From Antedon mediterranea (taxonomy: Eukaryota > Animalia > Echinodermata), in NCBI RefSeq assembly GCF_964355755.1, contig NC_092677.1, positions 7,896,101 through 7,960,100 on the forward strand: a stretch of 64,000 bases of DNA. Reading direction: 5' to 3'. Each line of letters begins with the position of its first letter. The stretch's first letter is position 1. This document shows positions 14,601-27,300 of the stretch, in pieces. The notes below the pieces were generated by a model. It was not told the DNA's origin. It saw only the letters and a list, made by a program, of their open reading frames with translations, and made no database searches. A program made the translations under genes and the position numbers.

Positions 14601-17600
14601 ATTAGCATTTGTCAATTAGGAAAAAAATGAATTAATAAGTAAGTAACCTTTTATGATAACATGTAAATACTATTTATTTAGGTTTCTTTTTGCCCTTGGT
14701 TATTTCATTCTTCTTCCCCCAATCGTATGCGATGGAGGATGTTTCGGTGGGTGTATCTGATGACCCGTTCTCCAACATGAATATTATACTGCATGCTGTT
14801 AAAGTTAACATTTCTTTCCATAGGAATGGTACGAGGATTTGGAAGAATCTGCACAGCAGTGGGCCGATACTTGTAATTGGGCACATGGTGGGATTCCAAG
14901 TGGCGCTGGTCAGAATTTGTACGCAACCACTGCGTCACCAGATTCAGGTTTAGGAATAACCGCAACTAACGCTTGGAATGATGAGGATCAGTATTATGAT
15001 TACGATACCAATTCTTGCGCAACGGGCGAAGTGTGTGGTCATTACACGCAGGTACATTCGATTTTTTTCCTGTCTAAATTGCCTAGCAGGCCTATAGCTA
15101 CTGTAGCTCGTACTGGCATTTTAAATTTTGTATATTATTTGCACTGGTAAAGTATATTGTATTGAACTTAGAAGTTTTTCATGTAGTATATACAGGTTCT
15201 TGAAAGTTTTATAAACGAGGCTTTCGATTTGCGATATTTCAGAAAACGTGCTATTTTGGTGCGTGAAGATCAATACAAAATGAATTATATACACAAAATA
15301 CAGGTATATAGTAACGTTATAAAAATCAGTTAACCCGTTTAAATCTATGCCATGAATAAGTTATCATAAATGCCCTAAAAAAACCAATTACAATATTATT
15401 CCATTGGGGTACTAAATAAAAATAAAAAAATAAATATAAACAACGACGACGAAATTGTTTCTAAACATTTCATTTAAACACTTTTATTCAAAACATTATA
15501 TTTAATTCATATCAATGAATTTTATTCACATATCGCGTCATAAAATTCATATTGACTAGAGGGTGAGCTCGCTTCGCTCGCTCCCCTTCTTGGGTGTAGT
15601 GGCGATAATTATTTTATTGGGCACGTGTTCCGGGAGTTTATTCAAATAAATACCATCATAATTGGTATAATTAATACATTATTCCGCGACACAGTGAGCC
15701 GTTTTGGCCTAAGAAGGAAGACGTTTGAGACGGCTTGCAACATTGGCAGAAGTATCCCAGGGTCCTGACGGGACACAGATAGCGCACAGTGTACATAAAG
15801 TCGGCTAGCGGGGTTTTATTCGATTTCAAACAATTATCTCGATGTAATTTTATATAATTATAATTATTTTCCACAATTTACTCCTATGTTTTATGAATAT
15901 ATTTAATTTGATCTTTATGTACTACTATATTACCTTCACACGCGCGGTCCGAAAATAAACAAAAAACAAAAATGGCTATCGCCACCAAGCACCAACGACC
16001 AACTTAGTTGGAGTTTTACAACTTGAACTCCCTGGTTGAAACCAACCAATTCAGAGAACTTGCAAGGTGATTGACAAACGTACCGTGAACCCGGAAATTA
16101 CTTCTACCGCGCGTAGAGTTAAAATTTCTTATAAAACCCTTTATAATATCTTCCTAAGATAGAAATATGAAACAATATCGTAATAGTGGAAACTAATGTT
16201 ATCAAATCTACGTTTCGCGGTACATCTGAGATAGATAAGGTAGGTATCCAAGGCGGAGATTAGTACCGAAGTTTTTCCATTGTGCTCGCCTATGTCAGAA
16301 TCTATATATAAATTTACGTAAGGGCAAAATTCGGTAAATCGCGCCTTACTTCTAGAATTTTCACTCGATGGTATGTAAAGTTGGTTCGTACTTTCGGTAC
16401 TGATTTTAACCGCCTGATGTAACCCTGTTTACTAATTAAATTGAGTTAGATAATTAGTTATTGACGATTAAAACGAATTTAGGTTCAACGATTTGCCCCA
16501 AATAGGGGTGTTTTCCGATCGTGGTATACACTGTCTAATGGATGTCCATCTTGAAAAATACCCGCCAAAAAAATGCGAGGAGGCTTCGCATTTTCCTATC
16601 TCCTCCTACGATAATTGTTTTTAATAGCTGAAAACCGGTTGAACAGCTAGAGTACAGCATCATAATGTTGAAGACAGGCCGATTTTTTTAAAAAAATACT
16701 ATTTTGATAGATTTGATATACGATTATACAAATGTATTGATTTGCGATGAATGGAACATCCCAATCTCTCAGTCTGCCAGAGTTTGGTTTAACACAAGTA
16801 CTGTAGGTAAATTTATGAGCCCTTGGTTTAACACATACGGTAGGTAAATATATGGGCCCTTTGAGAATAAACTTGCAATACTTTGACAATACTGTAAATA
16901 CCTATTAACTATTTTTCATTTGAATCGAACATTTCTTACTGTGAATGTTCGTACTGTTAGATGTAATATAAAAATATATACAAATAAACTTTATTACTGA
17001 GACTGTGGATAGGCTCTACTGTTAGATATACAAATAAACTTTATACTGACAGTTCCTTCTCAACGTTTGTATTAATTAATAATTACCAAAAATATAAACG
17101 TCGTAGTGGTGTATCGTGACATGTACTTTAATATTTCAATCGATTATGACAGTGACAGTTTTAACAAAGTATTAAATCGCAAATGTTTTAGGCCTACTGT
17201 ATTTAGAGGTATATTATTTATAGGCCTATAAAACATGAACAAAATATTTCGTTACTCAGTGGATAAAGAATATATTTAAAAATTGTTCCTCTTTGTACCT
17301 ATCCGCTTTCCCATCCCTCAACCCTAATGTTACATAGCGAGGAGGCTTCGCATTTTCCTATCTCCTCCTACGATAATTGTTTTTAATAGCTGAAAACCGG
17401 TTGAACAGCTAGAGTACACCATCATAATGTTGAAGACAGGCCGATTTTCTTTAAAAAAAATACTATTTTGATAGATTGCTAGAGTACACCATCATAATGT
17501 TGAAGACAGGCCAATTTTCTTTAAAAAAGACTATTTTGATAGATTTAATATACGATTATACAAATGTATTGATTTGCGATGAATGGAACATCCCAATCTC

Positions 17601-20600
17601 TCAGTCTGCCAGAGTTTGGTTTAACACAAGTACTGTAGGTAAATTTATGAGCCCTTGGTTTAACACATACGGTAGGTAAATATATGGGCCCTTTGAGAAT
17701 AAACTTGCAATAGGTTCGGAAAATGTTAAAAACCAATTTATATTATTTGAATCGGTAAACAGTTTCCATTTATTATACATTGATAATGAAACATGAAATA
17801 TTCCTATTTATGTTCATTACAATTTATATTTAGTAGTCCCACGGACTTCATCTTAGCCACTCCCCCGAGTGCTAAGGCCAAATTTATGATACCCTACTTT
17901 CTATGTAAGTTTAGTTACAGTTAGTTCTTGACGATAATACAACGAATTTAGGTTACACCCTTCGGCCGCGAAAACGTTTCTGTACAAATATGATACCGAT
18001 TGGCTTTATTTCATTCAACAGCGACCATAATCTCGCCAATTACAGGATAGATAAACTATTTTATTATTGATGTGCTTATAAATTAAGACTCATGTAAACA
18101 GCTTGATTACATCATTTTACAGACAAACGAAACTTTTTTAAACCTACTGTTTCAATAACTGAGTATAATACTGTATACGTTTTCATAAGTAAGTGCATAT
18201 ACATTTTCGTGTTTTCATTGACGAGATTGTAATAGTAACTTCAGTAACTATTACAGTACTTATTTATTATACGACACAAGACAATTGTATCTGACAGGTA
18301 CGTACATTATTCTAAAAAATAAGTCTAGATAGATCCCTTAGGCGTCATAAATCACAGGCCAACAAATCAGTACTCATGACAGAAATTCGACCCAGTTTGG
18401 TTCACACAAATGTTTACAGGAATTTCAACCACCACAACCGATGATTTGCCCTAAATATTTAGGTAGACTACAGTTTAATTTTTCACTGAATAGGAGCTTG
18501 AATTTCCGATTTCCATGCCATTTCGCAGAATTTCTAGGTCTATTTATTTAGTTTGGTTCTTATAATATATAAATACAATCAACTTTATTACTGCGGTTCC
18601 ATCACCACCACCACGTGCCGCCCAATTCCCCGGTACATACATTTCCATTTCTCCCTAATTTCTTTAGTCCACATAAATTAATTGTCCTTTATGGAATCCA
18701 GTATTGGTTTTGTTGTCTCTATTCTATTCTACTGTATTCGAGAACCATCTGTGAGAACCCCTAGATGGTACGCGAGCGAAGCGAGCGTGCCATCTAGTTA
18801 ACCATAATTTATATATAGATGCATTTCATTAACATATCGCGTCATCAAATTCATATCTTCGAAATGTTGCGTAAACGGCGTTCCATACAAAAATATCATG
18901 GTTAAGCCTATAGTAGTAAGTTATAAAGTTTGATTGATTGATTTTGGAACGAACACTAAAAAAAACGAGTCTCGTCATTTGTGATAATCATAAATGGAAA
19001 TTTACGACTGTTTGTTTATTGTTCATACATTTTTCAGTATAGTAACACATATCCATCATAAACACTATCATTTTCAGTAAAGCAAACATTATGAAATAGA
19101 ACAGATTTATAATTGTTATTATTGATCAGACGTAGTTATGGGATGCTTCGTTCCAAAACCAATCAATCAAACTTTATGATGTAGGCGCGCGCAATTAAAA
19201 TTTGCCGCGGTGCGCCTGTGCACACCGATATTTCACCGTCACATTTGTAATTAAATCTTTAAAAATAATTATAAGAAATGTTGAAAATAATAATTGGTTG
19301 CTCCTATACTTTACATGCATTAATCGAGACAATTTTTACACAATTTGCTCTAGTGTGTATCACGTTACATTAACCCAACGTCGTAACTCTTTTATATATA
19401 ATATGGATATTATCACTGGGCCGTAAATCATTAGAATCGACTTATTTTTCACATTTTCAACCGTTTAAAGACGAACAAAGTTATCGCAATAGGACCATAA
19501 TAGTATTTATGTTTACATTAAATGTAGATTGTGACCTTAAATTTGATCTCAAATTAATTAATTAATATATATAATTTGTTTTCATTTTGTAGAACGTCTG
19601 GGCTTCCACAGAGGGCATCGGCTGTGGGATAAGATTTTGTTCGTCTATTACCGGGTTATCTTGGCAAAACGGTGGAAATATCGTCGTATGTAACTACGGG
19701 CCAGGGTAAATATGCCTACGTTAAACAATATTATACAAGTGGACTTCATGTGGCCACGTGGTGCCTTTGTGACGTCACTTTCATCACGGTTGATACATGT
19801 GTTGACCTAATTATAGTACATTAATTCACATTATTCCCGCATCCGATTGATAATAATATGATAATGTATGCATTATGACTAATTTATTTTTTGTGACAGG
19901 AGTCAAACCTTAATGAGCGAAAGCTATTTTTTGGCTCCTTTTCACACACACATACATTTTATTGTATTGTACTATTTATGTATGATGATGTGTGAATAAA
20001 GTTGATATTATTATTATTATTAAATGGAAGGCGTAGGCCTAACCTTTCTGCAATTTACACCGTGTTGTGTGGAGCGTATAGTTGATAGGGCAATTATTTG
20101 TTATTCATGTTACCCACAATCGTCCAATCAAATTACAGAAATCTATTTAGGTGTTTTATAATGAGACCGCCTATTAAACGCCATGTGACCCCCAATCGTC
20201 CAATCAAATGACAAGAATGTATTTAGGTGTGTTATAATACAAAGCGTATGCTTTTATTTTTTATTAAACTTTGTGTGAAAGGTGACTCAAAACAGCTGAG
20301 GCTGACATGTTTAACCAATCTCTCCTAATCTTACAGTTCTGATTCTCTCTTTTTATAGCGGGAATATTGTGGGCCAGCGGCCGTACGAATTAGGTCCGAA
20401 ATGTTCGGAGTGTTTAGCAAACACAGATAATGGTGTGTGCGATGATGGATTATGTCGTAAGTATAACATACAATATATATATATGATGTGTCATTAATTT
20501 AATTAGGATCATATGCCGTTTGCCGTTTTACTAAACACTTTTAAACAAACTATTACTAAGTTTTATAACTTCGATATACAGTAGTACAGTTTGAATAAAA

Positions 20601-22839
20601 TCAACATCTGAGACAGGTTGGTGAGTAAAACCTAGACGGTTATTGTCACAACCGTCTATTTCACAAAGCATACATTGGTTTTTGATATAATCTATGTAAT
20701 CAAGTATGCCTGCATCAACATGCAGATGACGTAAATAACTCTATAATTATCAATTTGAGAAATGTTCAAACGGGGTAGGCTGCAATCACTAAATGAAGTA
20801 CAGTATATTCTGAGGTGATTGGTAGAAAGTAAGATAAAAATTAATGGCAATAATTTAGTAATATTAAATCGTTCATATCATTTTGCGCAATATCTTTGGG
20901 TTGGTCATATCAGGTGTAATAAAATTGTTCAATTCAAATAATACAATTAGTGTAATTTTAGTGCTTCATTGTTTACCTCTGCCACAGGAGCTGTCGATCA
21001 CGTGTGTTTGTTTTATTTATTTAAAAAAAATTCAACTTCTCACAAAAATGTTCTTTAAAGAAGAATGTTTAATCATGTTCATTCAATAATTCAATACATT
21101 GTTTTAATTAAATTACAATCAAGTTTATCATTTTTTTTTTGTTTAGGTTTATGCAATTCGGATGATGAAGATTGTAAGTAAAACCTCAACACACTTTAAA
21201 GATATATATTGTACCCCTGAAAAAATAATTTGTGCACAATTTTTGGTTGAATATGCCATTTTAATGTCGCATAAAAGTTATCAATTTTGACCAAAAATTG
21301 GATCGAAAAGAAATTTCTTTATCTGAAAAAAAACTGTGTTGAATTTAAAGCAAAAGTAGTAAAATTGGCTGCCAGCCTATGGGTTTTTGATTAAATTTAA
21401 CGATTTATTTTGTCATTTTTATAAGTGAAAACATTGTTTCTCCTCATCTTTTTCTAATGAAGTGAATAACTTTATTAAAACTACAAAATAACCTATTCAA
21501 AATATTATTTAATTAATCTTCATTTTTTATGTTTTTGGGGGACAATACATCTTTAATTGTTTTAATTTGTTGAGTTGATATGCACGTGCATTATTTTTTC
21601 CTATCCTCACGATTTGGTTACTATATTGCATGCTTAGCTTAAAAAGAAATTCGCAACGCTTGGCTGTGTTTCCTGTAGCCTATAAAATGTTCCAATCTGC
21701 GGCCAATATTCAAACATTTTCTTGTTTAATGACCTAGTCCGACACCTAGCCTTCGATTTGAGATATGGAGGCAACGGTCAGCCGAATTAAAAGTTTGATT
21801 TAGAAATATGTTTATAAGTTTTGTACTGATTTTTCAACGCATTAACTATTCTAGGCATATGCTGATTTGATAAATACTTCTACAAGATGCACATTTCCCA
21901 AGGTTCTCTTGTTTTTGTTTTCTGCTTGCTAACCAGTTCTTATATTGTATTCGTTTGTTTCCATTTGAGATATCCAATCTATTAAGTTTATGTACAACGG
22001 TTATTTCACAACTTCAGAGTTTCTTAGTGCCTATTCTATAATACATGATGTGTAACGTAAACTTCTCTGGCAATTTAGTGCAGTTTTAAAAGGGCAGATG
22101 AAAATCAAATCCAAATTTATTTGTTTTGCTTTTTTTCTGCTAACAGGCCTAGCGCTAGGTTGTGACCTTGACTGTCAACACGGTGGTGAATGTTACTTGG
22201 ATGAAGAAGATGGGGCAGAAGAAAAATGTAACTGTCCCTATGGATTCACGGGACAATTATGCCAAAGAAGTAAATACTAATTCAGATATTGAAAATGAGA
22301 ATGACGTTGACAATGATGATGACAATATACCTACAATATAAATGATGAAGATACGAATGATGACAAAGAAGATGACAATGACACAATGTGATAATGATAA
22401 ATTATGATGAGGTAATAATGAAACTAAACTCATCTTGAGGATGGTGTTAATTAACGGATATGAATGTTTCATCATGGTGCAAAGTGACGACATCTTATGT
22501 CTTCCGATGTATGAGTCCGTTTTCTTTTTTCACGTGAATTGAACGTTTATGCGCATGCGTATTCATATTCCCGTCTGAGCTGTCAAAATTCAAAGTTTTT
22601 TGAAAGTTTTTTTTTCCTCAACAAAATTCGTAATGGTTTCATCTGAATGTTACCAACAAATCATCAAAAGAATCATCATACGTTCACTCAGGTTTGTGTT
22701 TAAAATGGAAAAGAAAAGCTGGATGTGTTTCTTTCTTATTATTAACTGTTACTGAGCTAGTACGAGGTGCAACAACGTTTATTGTTTTTTTTTCTTTGTT
22801 TTAGTGACTGCTTACTGCGAATGTGAACCTGCAAGATAA
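8642..22839 (+). CDS. Gene B: secreted CAP-domain + hinge + EGF protein (~294 aa)
   Basis: Exons 8642-8902, 14824-15051, 19593-19705, 20359-20456, 21147-21173, 22147-22269, 22805-22839 (885 nt, in frame, all GT-AG). Signal peptide, HERRRR, HNYFRR, GQNLY, CGHYTQNVWAST..GCG..CNYGPGGN, CSECL..CDDGLC, EGF CDLDCQHGGEC..CNCPYGFTGQLC, tail MTAYCECEPAR*. Confidence 0.92.
9472..12030 (+). mobile_element. Non-autonomous Helitron H1, full length, in intron 1 of gene B
   Basis: A|TC 5' end; 3' hairpin ctagatggtacgc..gagcgaagcgag..cgtgccatCTAG|T; no TSD. Internal duplication ~9745-10050 / ~10505-10880. Near-identical to 16301-18797. Confidence 0.88.
12066..12703 (-). mobile_element. Helitron-like repeat family H2
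   Basis: 12066-12105 is the reverse complement of 61900-61943 (gcactctcggagtggctttCTAG|T, hairpin + CTAG). Internal blocks match 61540-61830; the other end resembles ttacctccgccaaggag at ~58903. Confidence 0.65.
13026..13400 (-). mobile_element. Degenerate L1/Tx1-like reverse transcriptase fragment
   Basis: Minus-frame peptide NKFKKCLPNIIHEDQKG resembles the LPxIIHxDQxGF motif of L1/Tx1 RTs; frame is broken. Confidence 0.45.
15556..18819 (-). mobile_element. Minus-strand Helitron hosting the H1 copy at 16301-18797
   Basis: Reverse complement ends gagcgagcgaagcgagctcaccctCTAG|T at 15556; a candidate A|TCTATATAT start lies at 18819. Confidence 0.6.
16301..18797 (+). mobile_element. Non-autonomous Helitron H1, full length, in intron 2 of gene B
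   Basis: Same A|TC...hairpin-CTAG|T termini and the same internal duplications as 9472-12030. Confidence 0.88.
21200..21552. mobile_element. Kolobok-like MITE (TTAA target duplication, AG...CT termini)
   Basis: ttaa|AGATATATATTGTACCCCTGAAAA ... TTTTGGGGGACAATACATCT|ttaa. Related ends at ~25139-25646, ~32240, ~35555, 43134-45619 and ~55131. Confidence 0.72.
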
Positions 22840-24096
22840 GAAATTAAATCGAATGGATCTCCGGCAATCAATGGAGACATAAATAAACATAGACCTAAAT
22901 AATAATAATACAGTATATGGTTATGGTACACTAAATTACGATAATGTAATATTCTCGCTGTTGATATTTTTTTACTTCACTTGCTTGTTTCCGTAAAAAA
23001 AAAAGATGATTTGTATAATTTTTACTTACTTTATATTATATTTGATTCATTTCGATGCATCTCAAGTGGGAAGCAAGATTTAAAAAAAAAAATCCCATAT
23101 TGGAAGTAAGGTAATATTGGACATATCAGATATAATACAGTGGCATAAAGCCTGTTCTCCACTAGGCGAATATATCTAGTTTTTTATTTTGATTTTTTAT
23201 ATAAAAAAAAATCTTATTTCGTTTCGTTTCCCAAGGTGAGACTCGATCTCATCTCAGTACCTTGAATGCTATAGACACGAGCACACACCACCGATACACA
23301 TCTGACAAAAGGTTGAAGAAAGATTCCTCCATGCATCATGGATTAATGAATAGAAGGATACGCATCGGCGGTGATATCAAACGATTTTCCAACGCGCTCG
23401 CCTATACTCTAAAGCACTGCTGCCAATACAAAAAACACGCTATTTGAACTCCGTGGCTCTAACCGCGGCCCTCTATAGGAGGCTGTGAATCAACTGTTAC
23501 ATTTTTTTTAGAACAAAACGTAGCCATGAAGAAATCGTATGCGCAGTCTGATTTTTATATTGACAAGTCTACGTTGATGATTGACAGTGACAGCAAGATA
23601 TTGTTTTAATTTCATCATAATACGAAAAGTTTACTTTCTTACGACCGTAATTTTAAGTAGTTAGTAATATTAATAAAATATGCAATTTTTTATATTTGAA
23701 GTAGGCCTATCATATTATCCTGAAACCTCCTGAAACGCTTGCGAAGATATTATTACAAACGTGATTTCGTTAAATCGCGTAATTTTTTAATGCGCATCGT
23801 GAAAACATAACCACATCGATTCTTGGCCATAAGGAATATACTGAAAAGTTGACTTAGCTAGATGAAACTGATCAAGATAATTGCCGGACAAAATAATGCT
23901 AAAGAAAAAATAAATAAAGATTCTGACAAAATCAATAAGGTTATAATGCATTATCATGCATATAACCTAATAAATAGATAAAATTGTTACATTAAACAAT
24001 AATATGACTCTCCCCAACATGATTACTTCATTGTAGGCCTATTTATTATCCAGTATGTTATAATATTGTGAAAATAAAATAAAATTGAAATTGACA

Positions 24097-24160
24097 TATG
24101 CTGCTCTGAATGTATAATTAAGGGGCGTAATTCTGAGTGGATTCAATCGCGAAATGTGAA
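24097..24160 (+). promoter_or_regulatory. Putative core promoter of gene C
   Basis: Paralogous to 8160-8225; followed by a probable short 5'UTR intron ~24209-24302 and the ATG at 24333. Confidence 0.55.
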
Positions 24161-24332
24161 AGCAGATTAGGCTTCTATTTGACAATACGGTTAATCACCC
24201 GTGTAAAGGTATTATGAAGAGTAATTGAGAAAGCATAACATATCCATTAGTACATACAATCTCTTGTGTGTTGAAGTGTTGGACTGTATTAATTTACTTT
24301 AGCTTACAACCCAATGGTCATATCCTTCCAAG

Positions 24333-27300
24333 ATGCTGTACACATTTGTTATTAAGATAATTTGGTTTTCCATCATCGCCCATGTAGTGGCATTAGAGAA
24401 GCCACGTACACTAAAGTCAAATGCGGTCCTTGAGCCTAGTATAATAGGTAAAATGAACCACGAAAGACGAAGAAGAAACACGGGAGATTATACTGATTTC
24501 ACTCCTGAAGAGATTGAAGGTATCGTTGATCTTCACAATCAATACAGAAGGAATGTTTCACCGGGACCAGCATCAGATATGCAATACATGGTACGTATTA
24601 TAGCAATAACAGCAATACTTACAATTCGGTGCGAATTTTTATATATAAAGTATCACCGATTTAGCCATATTTACAGCAGAACAATGTCGAGAGGCCAAGC
24701 GTTTAAGACAAGGGTGACGAAACCATAGCTATAGCACAGGCAATCCTTGACCATTGTTTTGGTGGTAGAACAATCTTTTCGAATAAAGACTAAAAAGTGG
24801 AGGTTCCGTGTCCGACTCGTGTTCTCTCTAAAGACACCAGTTCATCTTTGGGACAAGTAAAGGGTTACCCAGGTGTAATGGTCCATTCAGCCCCTGTCGT
24901 TGTGGACAGACAAAATGTGCTGTTTGGTGGCTGTCGACACGAAGGAACCCTTAGGGGAGAAGAAATTTAGGTTATTCTCCGACATTTACATTTACATTGA
25001 AGAAACAGCAGAATCTGGCAGAACAGTGCAGAAGTGCAAATAATTTTAATCTAAGTCGATAATGTGTCTTAAATGCATGAACTCATTTTTTTATTCTTAT
25101 TTTTATATATTAATAATGTTACCTTTGTAAAGATTACAAGGTGTATTGTCCCTTTGACTAATTCCAAAAAAATTAAAAATTAAAGATTTCGAAAAAAGGT
25201 GGGTCATTTTGAAGTATCATAATAGTTATTAACTATCACCAAACATTTTTCAAAAAAAAAATCATTTAACTGAAATACAGAGGTTTTTAAAAAAAAACAT
25301 ATCCCATAATGAAACGCGCTTGTTTGCCTACTCTGTGTGCATAATCATAAAACTTCCTCATGATCTGTGTGAAAATACCTTCTTAACCGTGACGAGTTGT
25401 AAACAATCCTAATTTAGCATATGCATAATGCGTACTCATGGTTTGAAATCTTTGTTTACTTTCGCTTTTCCAGATGAAATGTAATCAAACAAATTTACCT
25501 GTTAATTACGTAAACTTGTTGTTTTTGGCTTGAATTTTCAACTTAAAGTGAATTACTTTAATATTTATTATATACTTTGATATGGCCACTTTAAATTTTG
25601 AATATTTTGACCTTAATTTTTTTGTGCTTCAATGGACAATACATCTTTAAGAAGCCCGTCTTTATTTAAAATGAAATATAATTCTATTGTTTATGCCTTA
25701 ATTGGTATCTTATATAAATTTACGTTAGGACAAAATTCGGTTAATCGCGCGTTACTTCTAGAATATTTACTCGATGGTATATAAAGTTGGTTCGTACGTT
25801 TGGTACTGATTTTAACCACCTGACGTAACCCTGTTTACTAATTAAATTGAGTTTATTGTTAAAAGTAAAATAAAAAGTTATTGACAATAAACGAATTTAG
25901 GTACAAGGATTTGCACCAAATAGGGGTGTTTCCTATCGTGTTATACTAATAGATGTCCATCATGAAAAAAACCAGCACACAATAATACGAATACGAGGAT
26001 AGCAAACTTATAAATCATCTCCTAAATGATGTTAGGAAGAACAATATAGAGGAGTGGAATCTTTGTGGGAACAAAAAGAATTATATCAGTTTCTCCACTA
26101 TTATTGTTTTGTAGTCGTTGAATATTGAGAATATAATTTTTATAAGTTGAAATATTGAATGTTCTTTTTAACTCAAGAGAAGTTGATCTTTTAATTCAAC
26201 GATGATTACCTTGTTTCAATAAATAATTTGAATTGAATTGAATTTGATCTTATGAAATATTCTCACCTTCTAACTCATAAAAATTCATTATTTGAATACA
26301 ATTTTAGTCTTACAATAAACGATTCTTTTTGACATTGACGTGTTAACTTATAAATAGTTTCAAAAATAATAATATAACGACCTTGGCATTAACAAACTAT
26401 TTCACTATACAAATTTTCTATTTGGTTATTTAACAACAACAATACCACCGAATAAGTATAGTATAAGACAAACCCCTTTGCGTATAGAAACTAATATAGT
26501 AACACTATATTTGTTTAACTAAAAAAAATCACTTTTAAGTCACTGGCAATTTATACAGTAAATAATAATACAATTCAAATTATAGGCCGGATTACAATTT
26601 GAAATTGGAAATTAAGACAATGTTTTCGTTCATTCGTTCCTAGAAAAGATGTTTTGAGAATTTATTTAACAATATGTAGGCCACTTGCCCATAATTATAG
26701 CATGGACATATAAATTAGATTCAGTTCAAATTTAAAATTTAAGGTCCATGATTATAGAATCATCCATACATTTCAATTCTGAGTAGTAGCATTACATCTT
26801 CTTTATACTGTATTTTTTGGCATACTGGATGGTACTTTTCATAAGTAACAGCAGGGTCAGAAGAATGTAGATGTCATATATAAATATCGTTTCCAAAGAC
26901 GAAGTTGAACTGCAATCGGTGCAGTGACAATTGCTTTTTGTTCCAAGAAGAACTCTAAATATAGGTTTGCTACAATGGGGGAGCCTGGGCTTCCCGTCGC
27001 TGCTCCAAATTTGTGTTTGTAGATACCCCTGAATGTGAAATAAGTGGTAGTTAAAATGAATTCTCATAACTGTCATCGACGTTCAATAGAGTTCTATTTT
27101 TTGAATCACTATCCTCTTTAAGTCTAGATGTTATGGATCTTCTACCAGGATGTTGATGAACTAGGATAATACATCATCTTCTTCTATTATAATTTATGAT
27201 ACTTATTGTTCTTATCTTATTTCTTGTGTTTGAGTGTTTACAGTTTGTTTGTTTTATTTTTAATTATTTAATTTTAATTTTTATATGAGGTAATCCTGAT

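Noticed and set aside
10647-17736. Repeated short ORFs (MLEYTII.., MVFNIFR.., MSKYCKF..)
   Set aside because: They recur only because they lie in duplicated Helitron DNA; no Rep or helicase motifs are visible.
8642-22839. Assigning a vertebrate symbol (CRISP, GLIPR1, PI16, CLEC18)
   Set aside because: No ICR, transmembrane or lectin domain is visible, and orthology cannot be judged without a tree.
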